Shown: positions 1 through 11,447, counted from the first letter of the stretch. The stretch is DNA of 64,000 nucleotides from an uncultured Gammaproteobacteria bacterium (GCA_963848305.1 CAWKDC010000001.1:160001-224000), one strand, 5' to 3'. The notes: a model not told the origin generated them from the sequence alone. Translations and numbers: made by a program.

Positions 1-1064
1 TCGATGAAATCGATGACAATCAAACCGCCTAAATCGCGTAAACGCAATTGGCGCGCTATTTCTTCTGCGGCCTCAAGGTTGGTGTGGAAAGCGGTTTCTT
101 CAATGTCATGCCCGCGGGTTGCGCGTGCAGAGTTGATGTCGATGCTGATCAACGCTTCCGTGTGGTCAATGACCAGTGTACCGCCTGAGGGCAAGGTCAC
201 TTGCCGTTGGAAAGCGGATTCAATTTGGTTCTCAATTTGGAACCGGGAGAAGAGGGGGACAATGTCCGTGTACAACTTGAGGCGAGTCAGGAGTTCAGGG
301 CGCAGGCGCTCGACATAATGACGGGCTTTTTCAAAGTAGACAGGGCTGTCAATCAGGATTTCTTCCACATCGTCGCGCAAATGATCACGAATAGCGCGGG
401 CAATGATGTCGCGTTCTTGGTGAATCAAAGCAGGTGCGTTGACATTGGCGACTGCATTCAGGATATCTTCCCAACGTTTCAGCAGCACTTCAAGATCCCA
501 CTTCAATTCAGCGGGGTCGCGGCCAACACCGGCAGTGCGCACAATCACGCCCATGCCTTCAGGCACTTTCAAGCCTTCAAGGGTATCACGCAGTTCTTCA
601 CGCTCTTCTCCTTCAATGCGGCGAGAAATACCGCCGGCACGGGGATTGTTAGGCATCAAGACTAAATAGCAACCGGCCAAGGTGATGAAAGTCGTGAGAG
701 CAGCCCCTTTGGTGCCGCGCTCGTCCTTATCGACTTGAACCAAGACTTGCTGACCAACCCGGAGAATATCGCGAATATTCTTGCGGGAACCGCGGCCTTC
801 ATCTGCATTCATGTCCTCGGCGGATTGGAAATAATCCTTCGAGATTTCTTTGAGGGGAAGGAAGCCATGGCGTTCTGCGCCGTAATCCACGAAGGCGGCA
901 TTCAAGCTTTGTTCGATGTTCTTGACTGTCGCGAGGTAAAGGTTTCCTTTGAGAAGCTCTTTATCCATGTTTTCCAAATCAAGATCGTAGAGGGTCTGGC
1001 CATTCACCAGTGCAACCCGGATTTCTTCGCTTTGGGTTGCATTTATTAACATTCTATTCGTCAC
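1..1064 (-). CDS. rne: Ribonuclease E, N-terminal catalytic part (runs off window start)
   Basis: Manual minus-strand translation from GTG at 1064 gives (M)[30 protein letters not shown], matching the RNase E N-terminus; AAGGA RBS upstream; divergent from rluC as usual. Absent from the ORF track because it is truncated. Confidence 0.95.
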   Translation of the reverse strand, partial: MTNRMLINATQSEEIRVALVNGQTLYDLDLENMDKELLKGNLYLATVKNIEQSLNAAFVDYGAERHGFLPLKEISKDYFQSAEDMNADEGRGSRKNIRDILRVGQQVLVQVDKDERGTKGAALTTFITLAGCYLVLMPNNPRAGGISRRIEGEEREELRDTLEGLKVPEGMGVIVRTAGVGRDPAELKWDLEVLLKRWEDILNAVANVNAPALIHQERDIIARAIRDHLRDDVEEILIDSPVYFEKARHYVERLRPELLTRLKLYTDIVPLFSRFQIENQIESAFQRQVTLPSGGTLVIDHTEALISIDINSARATRGHDIEETAFHTNLEAAEEIARQLRLRDLGGLIVIDFI

Positions 1065-1394
1065 AGTTTCATTCCTTAATCAGTAGGGAATGCCACGTAA
1101 TGCTTATTCACAGGCGTGCGAACACGGGCGAACCGTTTGGCCGCGGATGTATCGCAAATTGACGTTCTGTTTGTTGACAATGCTTCAAACTCTTCCGTTG
1201 TCTGTGGGGCGGTCATGTCTCTATAGTCGACCGGCTGTCACAGTTGCCTGTCATGTGCATCACATGACATCTTGCTATTGAGCTTTTGGTACCTTACTGA
1301 GGTTTGATAACATTTCCCTTGAAGTAGGCACCGCACTCGGTTACACTGAGCGTGTAGTTCGTTGTCACTATAGCATGAAAAAGGTATCGCAGCA

Positions 1395-2336
1395 ATGGTT
1401 GTTGAAAATGGTTCTGAGTCCCCTGAGTTTAAAAAACCTTCTAATATTCAATATATTACGGTAGACCCCGAATTTGCCGATACCCGCCTCGACAATTTTT
1501 TAATACGGACTTACAAAGCCGTTCCCAAAAGCCGTTTGTATCGCGCCATTCGAAATGGTGAAGTGCGGGTGAATAAGGGGCGGGTGAAGGTCGATTACCG
1601 CCTGCAGGGCGGAGATGTCCTACGCATTCCTCCTTTATCGAACATTGTAACCCCGCTAGCGGCGGTATCACGCGACCTGCAGGATGTCTTAAAAGAGGCC
1701 GTGATTTATGAAGATGCAAACTTGTTTGTCTTGAATAAACCGCCATCGTTGGCAGTCCATGCTGGCAGCGGTGTGCGGGGTGGGGTGATTGAAGCGATGC
1801 GGATCATGTACCCTGATTTGTCGTTGGAGCTGGTGCATCGCATTGACAAAGAAACCTCCGGTTGCTTGATGGTAGCCAAAAAACGCAGTTCCTTGAAGGC
1901 ATTACAATCAGCCTTGCAAGAAGGAAACATCCGTAAAACATACCGTGCCTGGGTGGCAGGGCATTGGCCAAAATCATTGCAACATGTGGATATGCCCTTG
2001 CGTCGTTTTGAATCACGTGGCGGCGAGCGTCGCGTGTACGTGGACGATGAGGGCAAAGCCTCACAAACAATCTTCCGTCCTATTCGGTATGAAGATGGAG
2101 CGACATTGTTAGAGTGCCGTATCATGACAGGTCGAACCCATCAAATCCGCGTGCATACGTCAGCCAACGGGCATCCTATCATTGGGGATGACAAATATGG
2201 TTCTCGGCAAGTGAATACGGCCTTTCGTGAACGTGGCATGAAACGCATGATGCTGCATGCGAGCGAGTTGATCATTGATTGTGACGCATTGGGTTTGCAA
2301 TTAACGGTCACAGCACCCAATCCGATGTTTGACTAA
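1395..2336 (+). CDS. rluC: 23S rRNA pseudouridine synthase RluC
   Basis: S4 domain (RLDNFL), HRIDKETSG catalytic motif, GRTHQIRVH; divergent from rne. Confidence 0.92.
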   Translation: MVVENGSESPEFKKPSNIQYITVDPEFADTRLDNFLIRTYKAVPKSRLYRAIRNGEVRVNKGRVKVDYRLQGGDVLRIPPLSNIVTPLAAVSRDLQDVLKEAVIYEDANLFVLNKPPSLAVHAGSGVRGGVIEAMRIMYPDLSLELVHRIDKETSGCLMVAKKRSSLKALQSALQEGNIRKTYRAWVAGHWPKSLQHVDMPLRRFESRGGERRVYVDDEGKASQTIFRPIRYEDGATLLECRIMTGRTHQIRVHTSANGHPIIGDDKYGSRQVNTAFRERGMKRMMLHASELIIDCDALGLQLTVTAPNPMFD

Positions 2337-2383
2337 ATCCTGAATCGGCCATACAATTATGGTTTCACAACCCAATCAGGAGA

Positions 2384-3307
2384 TTGTCCGTGGATCCAAG
2401 AATTGAAAATGCTATCGAACACTTATTGTATGACACTCTCAAAGAACAACGCGCCAAACGCCGTTGGGGCATTTTTTTCAAATCCCTCTTTTTTGCTTAT
2501 TTCGTTGTTATCCTTTTGATGTTGCTTCCCACAGATTTGAAGACCTCGCCTATTGCGGGTGCGCACACAGCGGTGATTAAAGTGGATGGCGAGATCGATG
2601 CGGCTGCCAATGCGAGCGCTGATAATATCATTGATGCGTTAAACCGTGCTTACGGGAATATGCACGCCAAAGCGATTATCTTGGCGTTGAATAGCCCTGG
2701 TGGCAGCCCGGTTCAATCTGGTGAAATTTATGATGAAATGCGTCGCTTGCAAGCGCAATATCCTGAGAAACCTTTATACGCAGTGATTGGCGATACCTGT
2801 GCTTCAGGTTGTTATTACATTGCGGCAGGGGCTAAGGAAATATATGCGAATGAGGCGAGTTTGGTCGGTTCTATTGGCGTACTGTTCGACGGATTTGGTG
2901 TAGTTGACCTGATGCATAAAATCGGCGTAGAGCGTCGGTTGATCACGGCTGGTGCGAACAAAGGCTTCCTTGATCCCTTTGAGCCCATGAAGCCTGAGAA
3001 TAAATTGTTCATGGAAAATGTATTGGGTGTGGTTCATCAGCAATTCATTCATAAGGTGAAGGAAGGACGTGGCGATCGTTTGAAAGATGATCCGCTCTTG
3101 TTCACGGGGTTGATTTGGACAGGTCAACAAAGCATTCTGCTAGGCCTTGTCGATAAATTGGGCTCTGTGTCGACAGTTGCCCGCGATGTGGTGCAAGTGC
3201 CTACAACGGTCGATTATATGGAAGAAGAACCTTTCATGGTGCGTTTAGGTAAGAAATTTGGGGCGAGTGTGAAGTCTGGGTTTGTAGGGGTTGCGCATTT
3301 ATTGTAA
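2384..3307 (+). CDS. sppA: S49 family signal peptide peptidase
   Basis: NSPGGSPVQS, CASGCYYIA and GSIGV motifs; N-terminal TM segment. Confidence 0.88.
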   Translation: MSVDPRIENAIEHLLYDTLKEQRAKRRWGIFFKSLFFAYFVVILLMLLPTDLKTSPIAGAHTAVIKVDGEIDAAANASADNIIDALNRAYGNMHAKAIILALNSPGGSPVQSGEIYDEMRRLQAQYPEKPLYAVIGDTCASGCYYIAAGAKEIYANEASLVGSIGVLFDGFGVVDLMHKIGVERRLITAGANKGFLDPFEPMKPENKLFMENVLGVVHQQFIHKVKEGRGDRLKDDPLLFTGLIWTGQQSILLGLVDKLGSVSTVARDVVQVPTTVDYMEEEPFMVRLGKKFGASVKSGFVGVAHLL

Positions 3308-3362
3308 CTTTCTGTATGGTTTCCTGGCGCCAAATAACAATCTGTGATCCTTCAGCCTTCTA

Positions 3363-4268
3363 TTAGCGCTCGAGGACAGATTGTTTTTGGGATGACAAGG
3401 TGTGTGCTTTTTGATGTGCTCTCTCTATCGCCCGCGCCCGATTCCGTTCTGTCTGTGTATCCGCACAATGAGGACAAGAGATATCCTTGAGGTATTTGGG
3501 TGACAACTTGTCTGTCTCAGACACAGGATGGCGGCACGCATGGCACATCGAATAGCCAGCGGGAGCCAAATCGTGGTTCACGGCAACGCGGTGATCAAAC
3601 ACGAAACAATCGCCTACCCAAAGGCTTTCTGCGGCAGGGACATCTTCTAAGTATTTCAAAATGCCGCCTTTCAGGTGATAAACCGCTTCAAATCCTTTTG
3701 CGAGCATCAGGCTAGAAGCTTTTTCACATCGGATGCCGCCGGTACAAAACATGGCAACTTTGCGGTGCTTTGTGGGGTCCAGGTTTTCATCGACAAAAGC
3801 GGTGAATTCACGGAATGAATCTGTGTTGGGGTTGACTGCCCCTTTAAAAGTACCTAATGCGTATTCATAATCGTTCCGCGTATCGAGTAGCAATACATCT
3901 GGATCTTGAATTAACGCATTCCAGTCTTGAGGGGCGACATATTGGCCAACACATTGTGTGGGATCCACGGTGGGCACGCCCAAGGTCACGATTTCTTGTT
4001 TGAGTTTGACTTTCATTCTATTGAAAGGATGGGCATCTGTGTAAGATTCTTTAAAATCAATCTGTTGAAACCGCGTATCTTGCGCAAACCAGTCTCTGAG
4101 GGCATCAATGGCCTCTCGGGTACCGGATACAGTGCCATTGATCCCTTCATGGGCCAATAACAGGGTGCCCATAATGCCTTGTTGTTCGCAAAATGGCAGC
4201 AATTCGCTTTTAACGGCTTGAGTGTCCTCAATCGACACAAATTTATAAAGTGCTAGCACGACAATCAT
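3363..4268 (-). CDS. trhO: Rhodanese-domain tRNA uridine(34) hydroxylase (TrhO/YceA family)
   Basis: [26 protein letters not shown] and CFVFDHRV motifs. Confidence 0.88.
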   Translation of the reverse strand: MIVVLALYKFVSIEDTQAVKSELLPFCEQQGIMGTLLLAHEGINGTVSGTREAIDALRDWFAQDTRFQQIDFKESYTDAHPFNRMKVKLKQEIVTLGVPTVDPTQCVGQYVAPQDWNALIQDPDVLLLDTRNDYEYALGTFKGAVNPNTDSFREFTAFVDENLDPTKHRKVAMFCTGGIRCEKASSLMLAKGFEAVYHLKGGILKYLEDVPAAESLWVGDCFVFDHRVAVNHDLAPAGYSMCHACRHPVSETDKLSPKYLKDISCPHCADTQTERNRARAIERAHQKAHTLSSQKQSVLER

Positions 4269-4371
4269 GAGTTCCTCCAGATTTGGTGTATTATACCCAC
4301 AATTTCGCGTTAACGCCTAAAAAGATAGCTTCGTTCATTGATGGTTAGACCCGGTTGGACTATAATCACTT

Positions 4372-4608
4372 ATGGGGAAGATATTGATACCAGACACATT
4401 TTTTGAGAAAATTCAGAAAGAAAGTGGATACGAGATATTGCTTCTTCAGCCTGCCCATATTGAAAGATATCAAATGTTACCATTGCTGCATCGCGATCCA
4501 TTTGATCGCATGCTGATTGCACAAGCACAACATGAACAGCTTACTTTGGTCACAGGCGATGAATCTATTGTACAGTACGACAGTGTTTCTATTTTGAAAG
4601 TCATTTGA
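4372..4608 (+). pseudogene. N-terminally truncated PIN/VapC-family toxin fragment, no antitoxin
   Basis: HRDPFDRMLIAQA...LVTGD is the C-terminal PIN motif; the N-terminal LDT motif is missing; only 78 aa. Confidence 0.7.
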
Positions 4609-4615
4609 GGTATTT

Positions 4616-5861
4616 ATGTTCAAGCCTTTGGCATTGTATATTGGTTTGCGCTACGTGCGGGCGAAGCGTAGTAACCATTTTATATCATTCATTTCACTGG
4701 TCTCCACGCTGGGCATTGGCCTTGGCGTGGCGGTGCTGGTCACTGTCTTGTCCGTCATGAATGGTTTTGATAAAGAATTAAAAACCCGTATTCTGGGTAT
4801 GACCTCGCATGTGCTTGTCGTTGGGCCAGGCGCGGAACTCAGTGATTGGGAAGGTGGCATCAAAACCCTTCAAAAAATGCCGGGGGTTCACGCTGTCTCG
4901 CCGTTTGTCGAAACTGCAGGTATGATGAGTACACCGGGAACCACGCAATTTGTCCAGGTGATGGGGCTCGATGCGAAACAGCTCGATGCTTATCAATTTT
5001 TAAATGATCATATGTTGGAAGGTAGCCTCCAATCCTTGGAGAGTGGCGCGTTCCATATTATCTTGGGTGCGCAGCTCGCGCGCAATCTGGGCGCAATACC
5101 GGGCGATTTTGTGACGCTGGCAGTGCCTGAAACAACGCTGACACCCGCAGGTTTGTTGCCCAGACTGAAACGGTTTCAAGTGTCAGGTATTTTCAAAGTG
5201 GATTATGAATATGATGCCTCTTATGCGTATATTGATATCAAAGATGCTCAGAAATTGATGCGATTCGGCGACAATGTGAGCGCGCTCAGCGTGAAGCTGG
5301 ATAATATCTATGATGCGCCACGCGATGTGTATTCCTTCAGACATCGTTTGCCAGAAGATTGGCGTGTGTATGATCGGCACCATGTTAAATGGCACTTTTT
5401 TTGAAGCGGTCAAACTTGAAAAAACCATGATGTTTGTGATCCTCACACTGATCATTGCGGTTGCGGCATTTAATATTTTATCGATGTTGGTGATGGTGGT
5501 GACGGACAAGCAATCAGACATTGCGATTTTGCGTACCATGGGGGTGAAGCCGCGTAGCATCATCCATATTTTCATGGTGCAAGGCTCATTGATTGGCGTG
5601 TTTGGAACAGTGGTTGGTATTGTGGGTGGTATATTGCTCGCAAACAATGTGACGACATTGGTTCACTTTTTAGAAGCGGTATTAAGTACTCGGTTTTTAT
5701 CGTCAGAGGTGTATTACATCAGCTTCTTGCCATCTGATCTGCACATGAGAGATGTGTTTGTTGTGGCGGGCATTTCATTTGTGATGAGTTTTCTCGCCAC
5801 ACTCTATCCTGCGTGGCGAGCATCGAAAACACATCCTGCGGAGGCGTTGCGTTATGAGTGA
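4616..5861 (+). CDS. lolE: Lipoprotein-releasing ABC permease LolC/E, split by a frameshift near 5375
   Basis: LSVMNGF motif in 4616..5404 and IAILRTMG / [19 protein letters not shown] in 5310..5861; upstream of lolD. Confidence 0.88.
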
Positions 5862-6531
5862 GTGTGTCTTAAAAGCCAATGGCGTGTCCAAAACCTATTT
5901 GGATGCGCATAAAGAAGTGCCTGTATTGAACAGCGTTGACCTCACGGTGTTGGCAGGAGAGTGTATTGCGATTCAAGGGGCATCAGGTTCCGGTAAATCC
6001 ACTTTGTTGCATTGTTTGGGCGGATTAGATGCTTTAACTGCGGGTGAAGTGTTTTGGCGGGGCACGGCGATTCAATCGTTGTCAGAGAATCAGCGATCTG
6101 AGATGCGAAACCGTCATTTAGGATTTGTGTATCAATTTCACCATTTATTGAATGAGTTCACTGCGCAGGAAAATGTGGCGATACCCCTGCTCATCCGCGC
6201 AGAAGTCAGCGCATCATCAGCGATGAGTGCGGCGAAAAAGATATTGACCCGGGTGGGACTGAGCGCACGTTTAAACCACAAGCCTGGAGAACTATCGGGC
6301 GGTGAACGTCAACGGGTGGCGTTGGCACGGGCATTAGTCACAGAGCCCGCTTGTGTATTGGCGGATGAGCCGACAGGAAATTTAGACAAAAAGACTGCTG
6401 AAGCAGTTTTATCATTGATACTTGAGCTGAATGCAGAGAGCAATACCAGCTTTGTTATCGTGACCCATGATAATGCGATTGCGCAATCGTTAGGGCGCAT
6501 CTTAAGAATGCAAGATGGTTTTCTTCAATAA
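5854..6531 (+). CDS. lolD: Lipoprotein-releasing ABC ATPase LolD
   Basis: [37 protein letters not shown]. Confidence 0.93.
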   Translation: MSECVLKANGVSKTYLDAHKEVPVLNSVDLTVLAGECIAIQGASGSGKSTLLHCLGGLDALTAGEVFWRGTAIQSLSENQRSEMRNRHLGFVYQFHHLLNEFTAQENVAIPLLIRAEVSASSAMSAAKKILTRVGLSARLNHKPGELSGGERQRVALARALVTEPACVLADEPTGNLDKKTAEAVLSLILELNAESNTSFVIVTHDNAIAQSLGRILRMQDGFLQ

Positions 6532-6614
6532 AATGAAGAGATTATAAGTTTGAACTTTAGCTATTATTGGCTATACTTACATATATGGACAGATTTAAAC
6601 TGAGGAGGTTTGAT

Positions 6615-6992
6615 ATGTTTCCTAATATGCTGAAAAAGAAAGCAATCTTGTTATTAGCCAGCTCTGTACTTCTGGTGTCATCAAATGCGTATGCATTGGT
6701 ATGCCCAGATGATGAAGAGCTGATTGTTCAACCCAATGGCTATCAATATTGCGCTGACTATGATGACGGGCCTTACTATGACTATGCACCTTACATTCTG
6801 CCTTTCGTAGGATATGGTGTGGGTTATGAAGAAGGGTACTGGGGTCACGATGGCTATTATAATGGGTATTATGATGGCGGACACGGCTGGAATGGTCACG
6901 GTGGTGGTCACGGCGGTGGCGGTTACCATGGTGGTGGCCACGGTGGTGGCGGATACCACGGTGGAGGACATGGTGGTGGAGGACATCACTAG
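6615..6992 (+). CDS. Secreted Gly/His/Tyr-rich low-complexity protein
   Basis: GAGGAGG RBS before ATG 6615; signal peptide ending AYA; C-terminal GGGHGGGGYH repeats. Confidence 0.75.
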   Translation: MFPNMLKKKAILLLASSVLLVSSNAYALVCPDDEELIVQPNGYQYCADYDDGPYYDYAPYILPFVGYGVGYEEGYWGHDGYYNGYYDGGHGWNGHGGGHGGGGYHGGGHGGGGYHGGGHGGGGHH

Positions 6993-7010
6993 TTTTTGGG
7001 CATTAACTGC

Positions 7011-7564
7011 CTAGAAAAACCAGACGATCCCAATGGTGTGAATATCTAATCCATCATTGGGTTCGATCACGCCTAAATTAGAATAATGGTAATACCGATA
7101 AATCATTTGAACAGGTCGCGCAGTGGCGATATTAATGCCCGCCCCGAATTTATCTTCAAAATGCCAAAGCCCTCCAAAATTTTTTCTTCCCAATTCGTTA
7201 TTTGAAAAATAAGAAGGCCCAATCCCAAACTCGAAAAAGAAAGCGTTGCGTTTCAGATCCACGGGCCGAGCCACATTTGAAAGATAGGGCTCGCAGAGGT
7301 CACGACCAAATGATTGTTATCATGATCATCATCATTTGATTGCCAATACCCAAAGCCACCTTCCCAATACCCTGTGAATTGAATGGGGGATTTGGGCAGC
7401 CAAACCACATCCCAGTCCCAGCGACCGGCGACACGGAAACCATTACGATTGGTGTTGTTCCCCCAGTAGCCTGCTGTGAATGTCATGCCATCCATGAAAA
7501 GCGGGTAACCGGCGTGTGCCTCAAAGCAACAGCATAAAAGTAAGAAAGAAAATTTTCTAAACAT
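7011..7564 (-). CDS. pagL: PagL-family lipid A 3-O-deacylase (outer-membrane beta-barrel), frameshifted near 7262
   Basis: Signal peptide MFRKFSFLLLCCCFEAHA; GYWE, FED.FGAG and HYSN.G...PNDG motifs and terminal Phe, split over ORFs 7253..7651 and 7011..7274. Confidence 0.8.
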
Positions 7565-7645
7565 AATGCATCCATTCATTCCCACAAATCCGTTGAACAT
7601 GGTAACATCCGCGTTGTTCGATAACAACAATAATAAAAATATAAT

Positions 7646-9916
7646 ATGCATACATTTTTTGTTAGCTTTATCATCGTCACAACCATTCTGCTGGCATTGG
7701 ATGCCTTGCTTATGGGTGCATTATGTATAACCATTGCGCTGATGGGAGCGATAGCGTTCCCACGTTATTGTTTACCAATTGTGCTGGGAGGTGTCTTGGC
7801 ATTGCTACAGGTTGGCATATCCCAAGCAATCAGGTCAGATACTGCGCTGGCTGAAAGAGATTGGCAAAAACCTATGCGATTGGTGGTAGACATAAATGCT
7901 GTGCTATATGACACGCCTAAGGCGCAATCTGTTTTGGCAAGTGTGCAGGGATCGCACGAGCCTCCATTCCCCCATAAATTGAAAATCACACGATACAGTG
8001 ATCAACGTTTTATCCCAGGTGAGCGTTGTAGTCTGTGGGTTAAGCTAAAACCTATTCGGGGTTATAGTAATCCAGGTGGCCGTGATTTCACAAACACATG
8101 GGAGTCAAAACGCGTGACTGCTCAAGGATATGTCCTAGAAAATCAGGATGTTTTCTGTGAATTGAATGATCATGTGACGCATCGCGTGTTTCGATATCGA
8201 CAGCAAGTTCATCAATTTATTGAACAGCATGTTGCATCGCGTCCCGTGCAATCAATATTAATAGCACTCGCGTTGGGGGAAAAGGAAATTGACGCCACCA
8301 TGCAAACAGTCTTGAGACGAACTGGCACCGCGCATTTGCTTGCCATATCGGGGCTGCATGTCGGACTTGTCGGGTTATTTATATTGATGTTGATGCGTCC
8401 ACTGGCAAAGGGAATAGTCATTTTGAAATGGTGTGATTCGTCGCGCGCGATCGGATGGCTGTGCTCATTGGCTGGTGTGTTGATCTATATTTTGATGACA
8501 GGCAGTGCCGTCAGCAGTCAAAGGGCCGGGTGGATGTATGCATTCGCTGTCTTATTGTATCTGTGTCAACAAAAGCAATCCAAAATGCGTTTATTATTAT
8601 CAGTCATGTGTTTGATGATGATAATCAATGCATATGTGGTATTGGATATTGGATTTTGGTTATCATGCGGCATGGTAGCGATATTGATAGTCGTATGTGG
8701 TTATAGCGTTTCACCACAAAGCGGGATCATCCACATGTTAAAAGTGCAATGGCGTATCTCGTGTGTGGGATTTCCGCTTACATTATTGTTGTTGCAACAA
8801 GGATCGTTGATGTCACCATTGGCAAACATCATTGCTATCCCTGTGGTGAGTTTTGGGGTGGTGCCATTGTTATTGCTGATGGATTGCACGGTGAATTTTC
8901 AGCCAGAACTGGCGCAGCTTTGTTTGACTTTGTCTAATTTTATCACAGAATATTTAATGTTATTTTTATCACGGTTGAGTGAGTTGCCTCTTTACATGGA
9001 GCAACCCCTTCAGCATCCTTGGATGGCAGTTGCATTGGGTTTATCAGGTATCTTATTTGCTTTGCCGCGTGGGTTAGGAGCCGGCATTTTGGGTTTTTAT
9101 TTTTTGATGATCGTGATCGTGTATCCGTCTGAGAAACCTGAAGATAATGAGGTATGGGTCACTTGGTTGGATGTGGGGCAAGGTTTAAGCACAGTGATTC
9201 AAACCAAAAACCATGTCGTTGTCTATGACACAGGTCCGCAATTTGAATCCTTTGATGTGGCCACATTTACGCTGATCCCGTTTTTGAAATATCATGGGGT
9301 ACGTGAAATTGATATGCTGATCGTCAGTCATGCTGATAATGACCATCGAGGCGGTGTTAATGTTGTCCTGGAGACTTTCCAAGTGCATGATATGCGTGTG
9401 GGCCAACGATTGCCAGATATCTCCATGCCACAATCTCTGTGCCATGAGGATAAACGTTGGGAGTGGGATGGGGTATTGTTCGAGCAATTGAACGTACCAG
9501 GTGAATGGAAATCATCCAACAATCATTCTTGTGTACTGAAAATCACCGCCAGTGGTCACACGGTATTGTTGTTGGGTGATCTCGAGCGTGATGCGGAAGC
9601 AGCGTTACTGAGATCACACCCTGGTTTATCTGCACAGATCATTTCTGTGCCACACCACGGCAGTAAAACATCATCGACACTTCAACTCCTTGAGGCCGTG
9701 AAACCAGAGTATGCAATTTTTTCAAGTGGTTTTCTCAATCGTTACCATCATCCCCATCCAACTGTTTTGAAACGTTATGATGCACTTGGGATCAAAAGGC
9801 TAGATACTGGGAAAGTTGGTGCAATCCGTGTTACACTGGACGATAAGGACGACGCGGGCATTATATGCCATAGGGACAAAAAATGTTTGAGCACTTTCTA
9901 TCGGGCGGGATCATGA
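7646..9916 (+). CDS. comEC: DNA internalization competence protein ComEC/Rec2
   Basis: GTAHLLAISGLHVG, LDVGQG, SHADNDHRGG, VPHHGSKTSS. Confidence 0.92.
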   Translation: MHTFFVSFIIVTTILLALDALLMGALCITIALMGAIAFPRYCLPIVLGGVLALLQVGISQAIRSDTALAERDWQKPMRLVVDINAVLYDTPKAQSVLASVQGSHEPPFPHKLKITRYSDQRFIPGERCSLWVKLKPIRGYSNPGGRDFTNTWESKRVTAQGYVLENQDVFCELNDHVTHRVFRYRQQVHQFIEQHVASRPVQSILIALALGEKEIDATMQTVLRRTGTAHLLAISGLHVGLVGLFILMLMRPLAKGIVILKWCDSSRAIGWLCSLAGVLIYILMTGSAVSSQRAGWMYAFAVLLYLCQQKQSKMRLLLSVMCLMMIINAYVVLDIGFWLSCGMVAILIVVCGYSVSPQSGIIHMLKVQWRISCVGFPLTLLLLQQGSLMSPLANIIAIPVVSFGVVPLLLLMDCTVNFQPELAQLCLTLSNFITEYLMLFLSRLSELPLYMEQPLQHPWMAVALGLSGILFALPRGLGAGILGFYFLMIVIVYPSEKPEDNEVWVTWLDVGQGLSTVIQTKNHVVVYDTGPQFESFDVATFTLIPFLKYHGVREIDMLIVSHADNDHRGGVNVVLETFQVHDMRVGQRLPDISMPQSLCHEDKRWEWDGVLFEQLNVPGEWKSSNNHSCVLKITASGHTVLLLGDLERDAEAALLRSHPGLSAQIISVPHHGSKTSSTLQLLEAVKPEYAIFSSGFLNRYHHPHPTVLKRYDALGIKRLDTGKVGAIRVTLDDKDDAGIICHRDKKCLSTFYRAGS

Positions 9917-10509
9917 TGTGGCCAATTTTAGGCTGCTCTATTGCTGCACTGGCCATTTCAACTGAGCGTTGCATGGTTCTTAAACGTTCACGGGTAGCAC
10001 CACCTCGTCTGGTCAATAAAGCGGTGGCTTTATTAAGCGCACCCAATAAACAGAATATAGAAAACATGGCGCAACAAAGCTTGTTGGGCAGTATATTTGC
10101 TGCGGGTTTGGCTCATGTCGGGGATGACATGGACGCTGTCACTGAATCGATGGAAGAGGCCGGGCGACATGCTATTCACACCCTCGAAAAATATTTATCT
10201 GCTTTATCGACGATTGCGATGGTCGCCCCCTTGCTTGGGTTGCTGGGAACAGTGTTCGGTTTGATCACGGTGTTTTCAGCATTAATGGAAACGGGTGGGG
10301 GAGATTCGCAAATGCTGTCAGGTGGCATCGCTAGCGCATTATTATCAACAGCGGCAGGTTTGTTGGTGGCCATTCCAGCAACGGCTGCGCACCGTGCATT
10401 TGAACGCCATATCGAGTCATTGGCTATTGATTTAGAAAAGCAATCCACAGAGTTTTTGCAAGCGATACGCCGATTTAAACGGTCCTATATTGACGGGGCG
10501 CGTACATGA
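9883..10509 (+). CDS. exbB: MotA/TolQ/ExbB proton channel protein
   Basis: APLLGLLGTVFGLI and GIASALLSTAAGLLVAIPA motifs. Confidence 0.85.
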   Translation: MFEHFLSGGIMMWPILGCSIAALAISTERCMVLKRSRVAPPRLVNKAVALLSAPNKQNIENMAQQSLLGSIFAAGLAHVGDDMDAVTESMEEAGRHAIHTLEKYLSALSTIAMVAPLLGLLGTVFGLITVFSALMETGGGDSQMLSGGIASALLSTAAGLLVAIPATAAHRAFERHIESLAIDLEKQSTEFLQAIRRFKRSYIDGART

Positions 10510-10919
10510 AATTTTATACTCGGGTTAAACATCCGTTGTCGTTGAATGTCACCCCCTTAATAGACATTGTTTTTTTATTACTCATTTTTTTCGTGACGAG
10601 CACGACCCTGACTGAATATCATGTGCTCAATATCACATTGCCCAGTGTCTTGCATGCTGCGGATGAATCACCTGCACCTGTGCTACATATCACTGTGTCA
10701 GCAACCGGAGAGTATTCAGTGAATCACGAGCGGTTATCAAACAATGCATTACCAACATTAACCCGTGTGCTTGGTGCAGCAATGCCTTTTAATCCTGACA
10801 CAGTGGTGCTGATTGCAGCAGATGCCAATGCACCTTATCAAGATGTGGCACGGGCAATGGACGCGGCCAGTCAGCTGGGGTATTCACACATTCAATTGCA
10901 AGGTCAATCGAAACAGTAG
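10506..10919 (+). CDS. exbD: ExbD/TolR biopolymer transport protein
   Basis: LNVTPLIDIVFLLLIFF motif; overlaps exbB. Confidence 0.85.
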   Translation: MKFYTRVKHPLSLNVTPLIDIVFLLLIFFVTSTTLTEYHVLNITLPSVLHAADESPAPVLHITVSATGEYSVNHERLSNNALPTLTRVLGAAMPFNPDTVVLIAADANAPYQDVARAMDAASQLGYSHIQLQGQSKQ

Positions 10920-10928
10920 GAGGCGAAA

Positions 10929-11387
10929 ATGAACATGGGTATGTCTGATCATGAGCGCATGGCAGTGGCTAAAACACTGGGTAATTTGCTGGCAAACACA
11001 TATGTCTTATATTTAAAGACTCAAAACTTTCACTGGAATGTGACTGGGCCGATGTTTCAGCCATTGCATATCTTGTTTGAAGGACAATATACTGCTTTAG
11101 CCGAGGCGGTCGATCAAATTGCTGAACGCATTCGTGCCCTGGGTGAATTTGCGCCGGCGAGCCTGAGCCAGTATTTATCATTGTCGTTGATTGAAGAAGC
11201 AGTAGATGTGCCATCTGCTGACAGCATGGTCGCACAATTAGTGGAAGATCATGAAACCGTTGTGCGCGCCATGCGTGATTCATTCGAAGTGATCGACGAC
11301 GCCAACGATGAGGTCACTGCGGATTTGTTCGTTCAGCGCATGACATTTCATGAGAAGGCCGCATGGATGTTGCGGAGTATTTTGTAA
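10929..11387 (+). CDS. dps: DNA starvation/stationary phase protection protein Dps
   Basis: KTQNFHWNVTG, LHILFE, DQIAERI, HEKAAWML. Confidence 0.93.
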   Translation: MNMGMSDHERMAVAKTLGNLLANTYVLYLKTQNFHWNVTGPMFQPLHILFEGQYTALAEAVDQIAERIRALGEFAPASLSQYLSLSLIEEAVDVPSADSMVAQLVEDHETVVRAMRDSFEVIDDANDEVTADLFVQRMTFHEKAAWMLRSIL

Positions 11388-11408
11388 ATCTATCTTGTAT
11401 CTTGACTG

Positions 11409-11442
11409 GTAGGGGCGCATATTATGCCCATGGAGCCCCTAC
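11409..11442. repeat. GTAG-type REP-like hairpin between convergent genes
   Basis: GTAGGGGC (11409) ... GCCCCTAC (11435-11442) inverted pair. Confidence 0.6.
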
Positions 11443-11447
11443 AATAT

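Noticed and set aside
4-1049. Plus-strand ORFs 4..318, 201..665, 439..669 and 735..1049
   Set aside because: Antisense shadows of rne.
5391-5402. T7 run in lolE as a programmed frameshift or phase-variation site
   Set aside because: The run reads correctly as T-F-F in the downstream frame; the break lies about 20 bp upstream, where D-W-T is expected, and fits a base-calling error.
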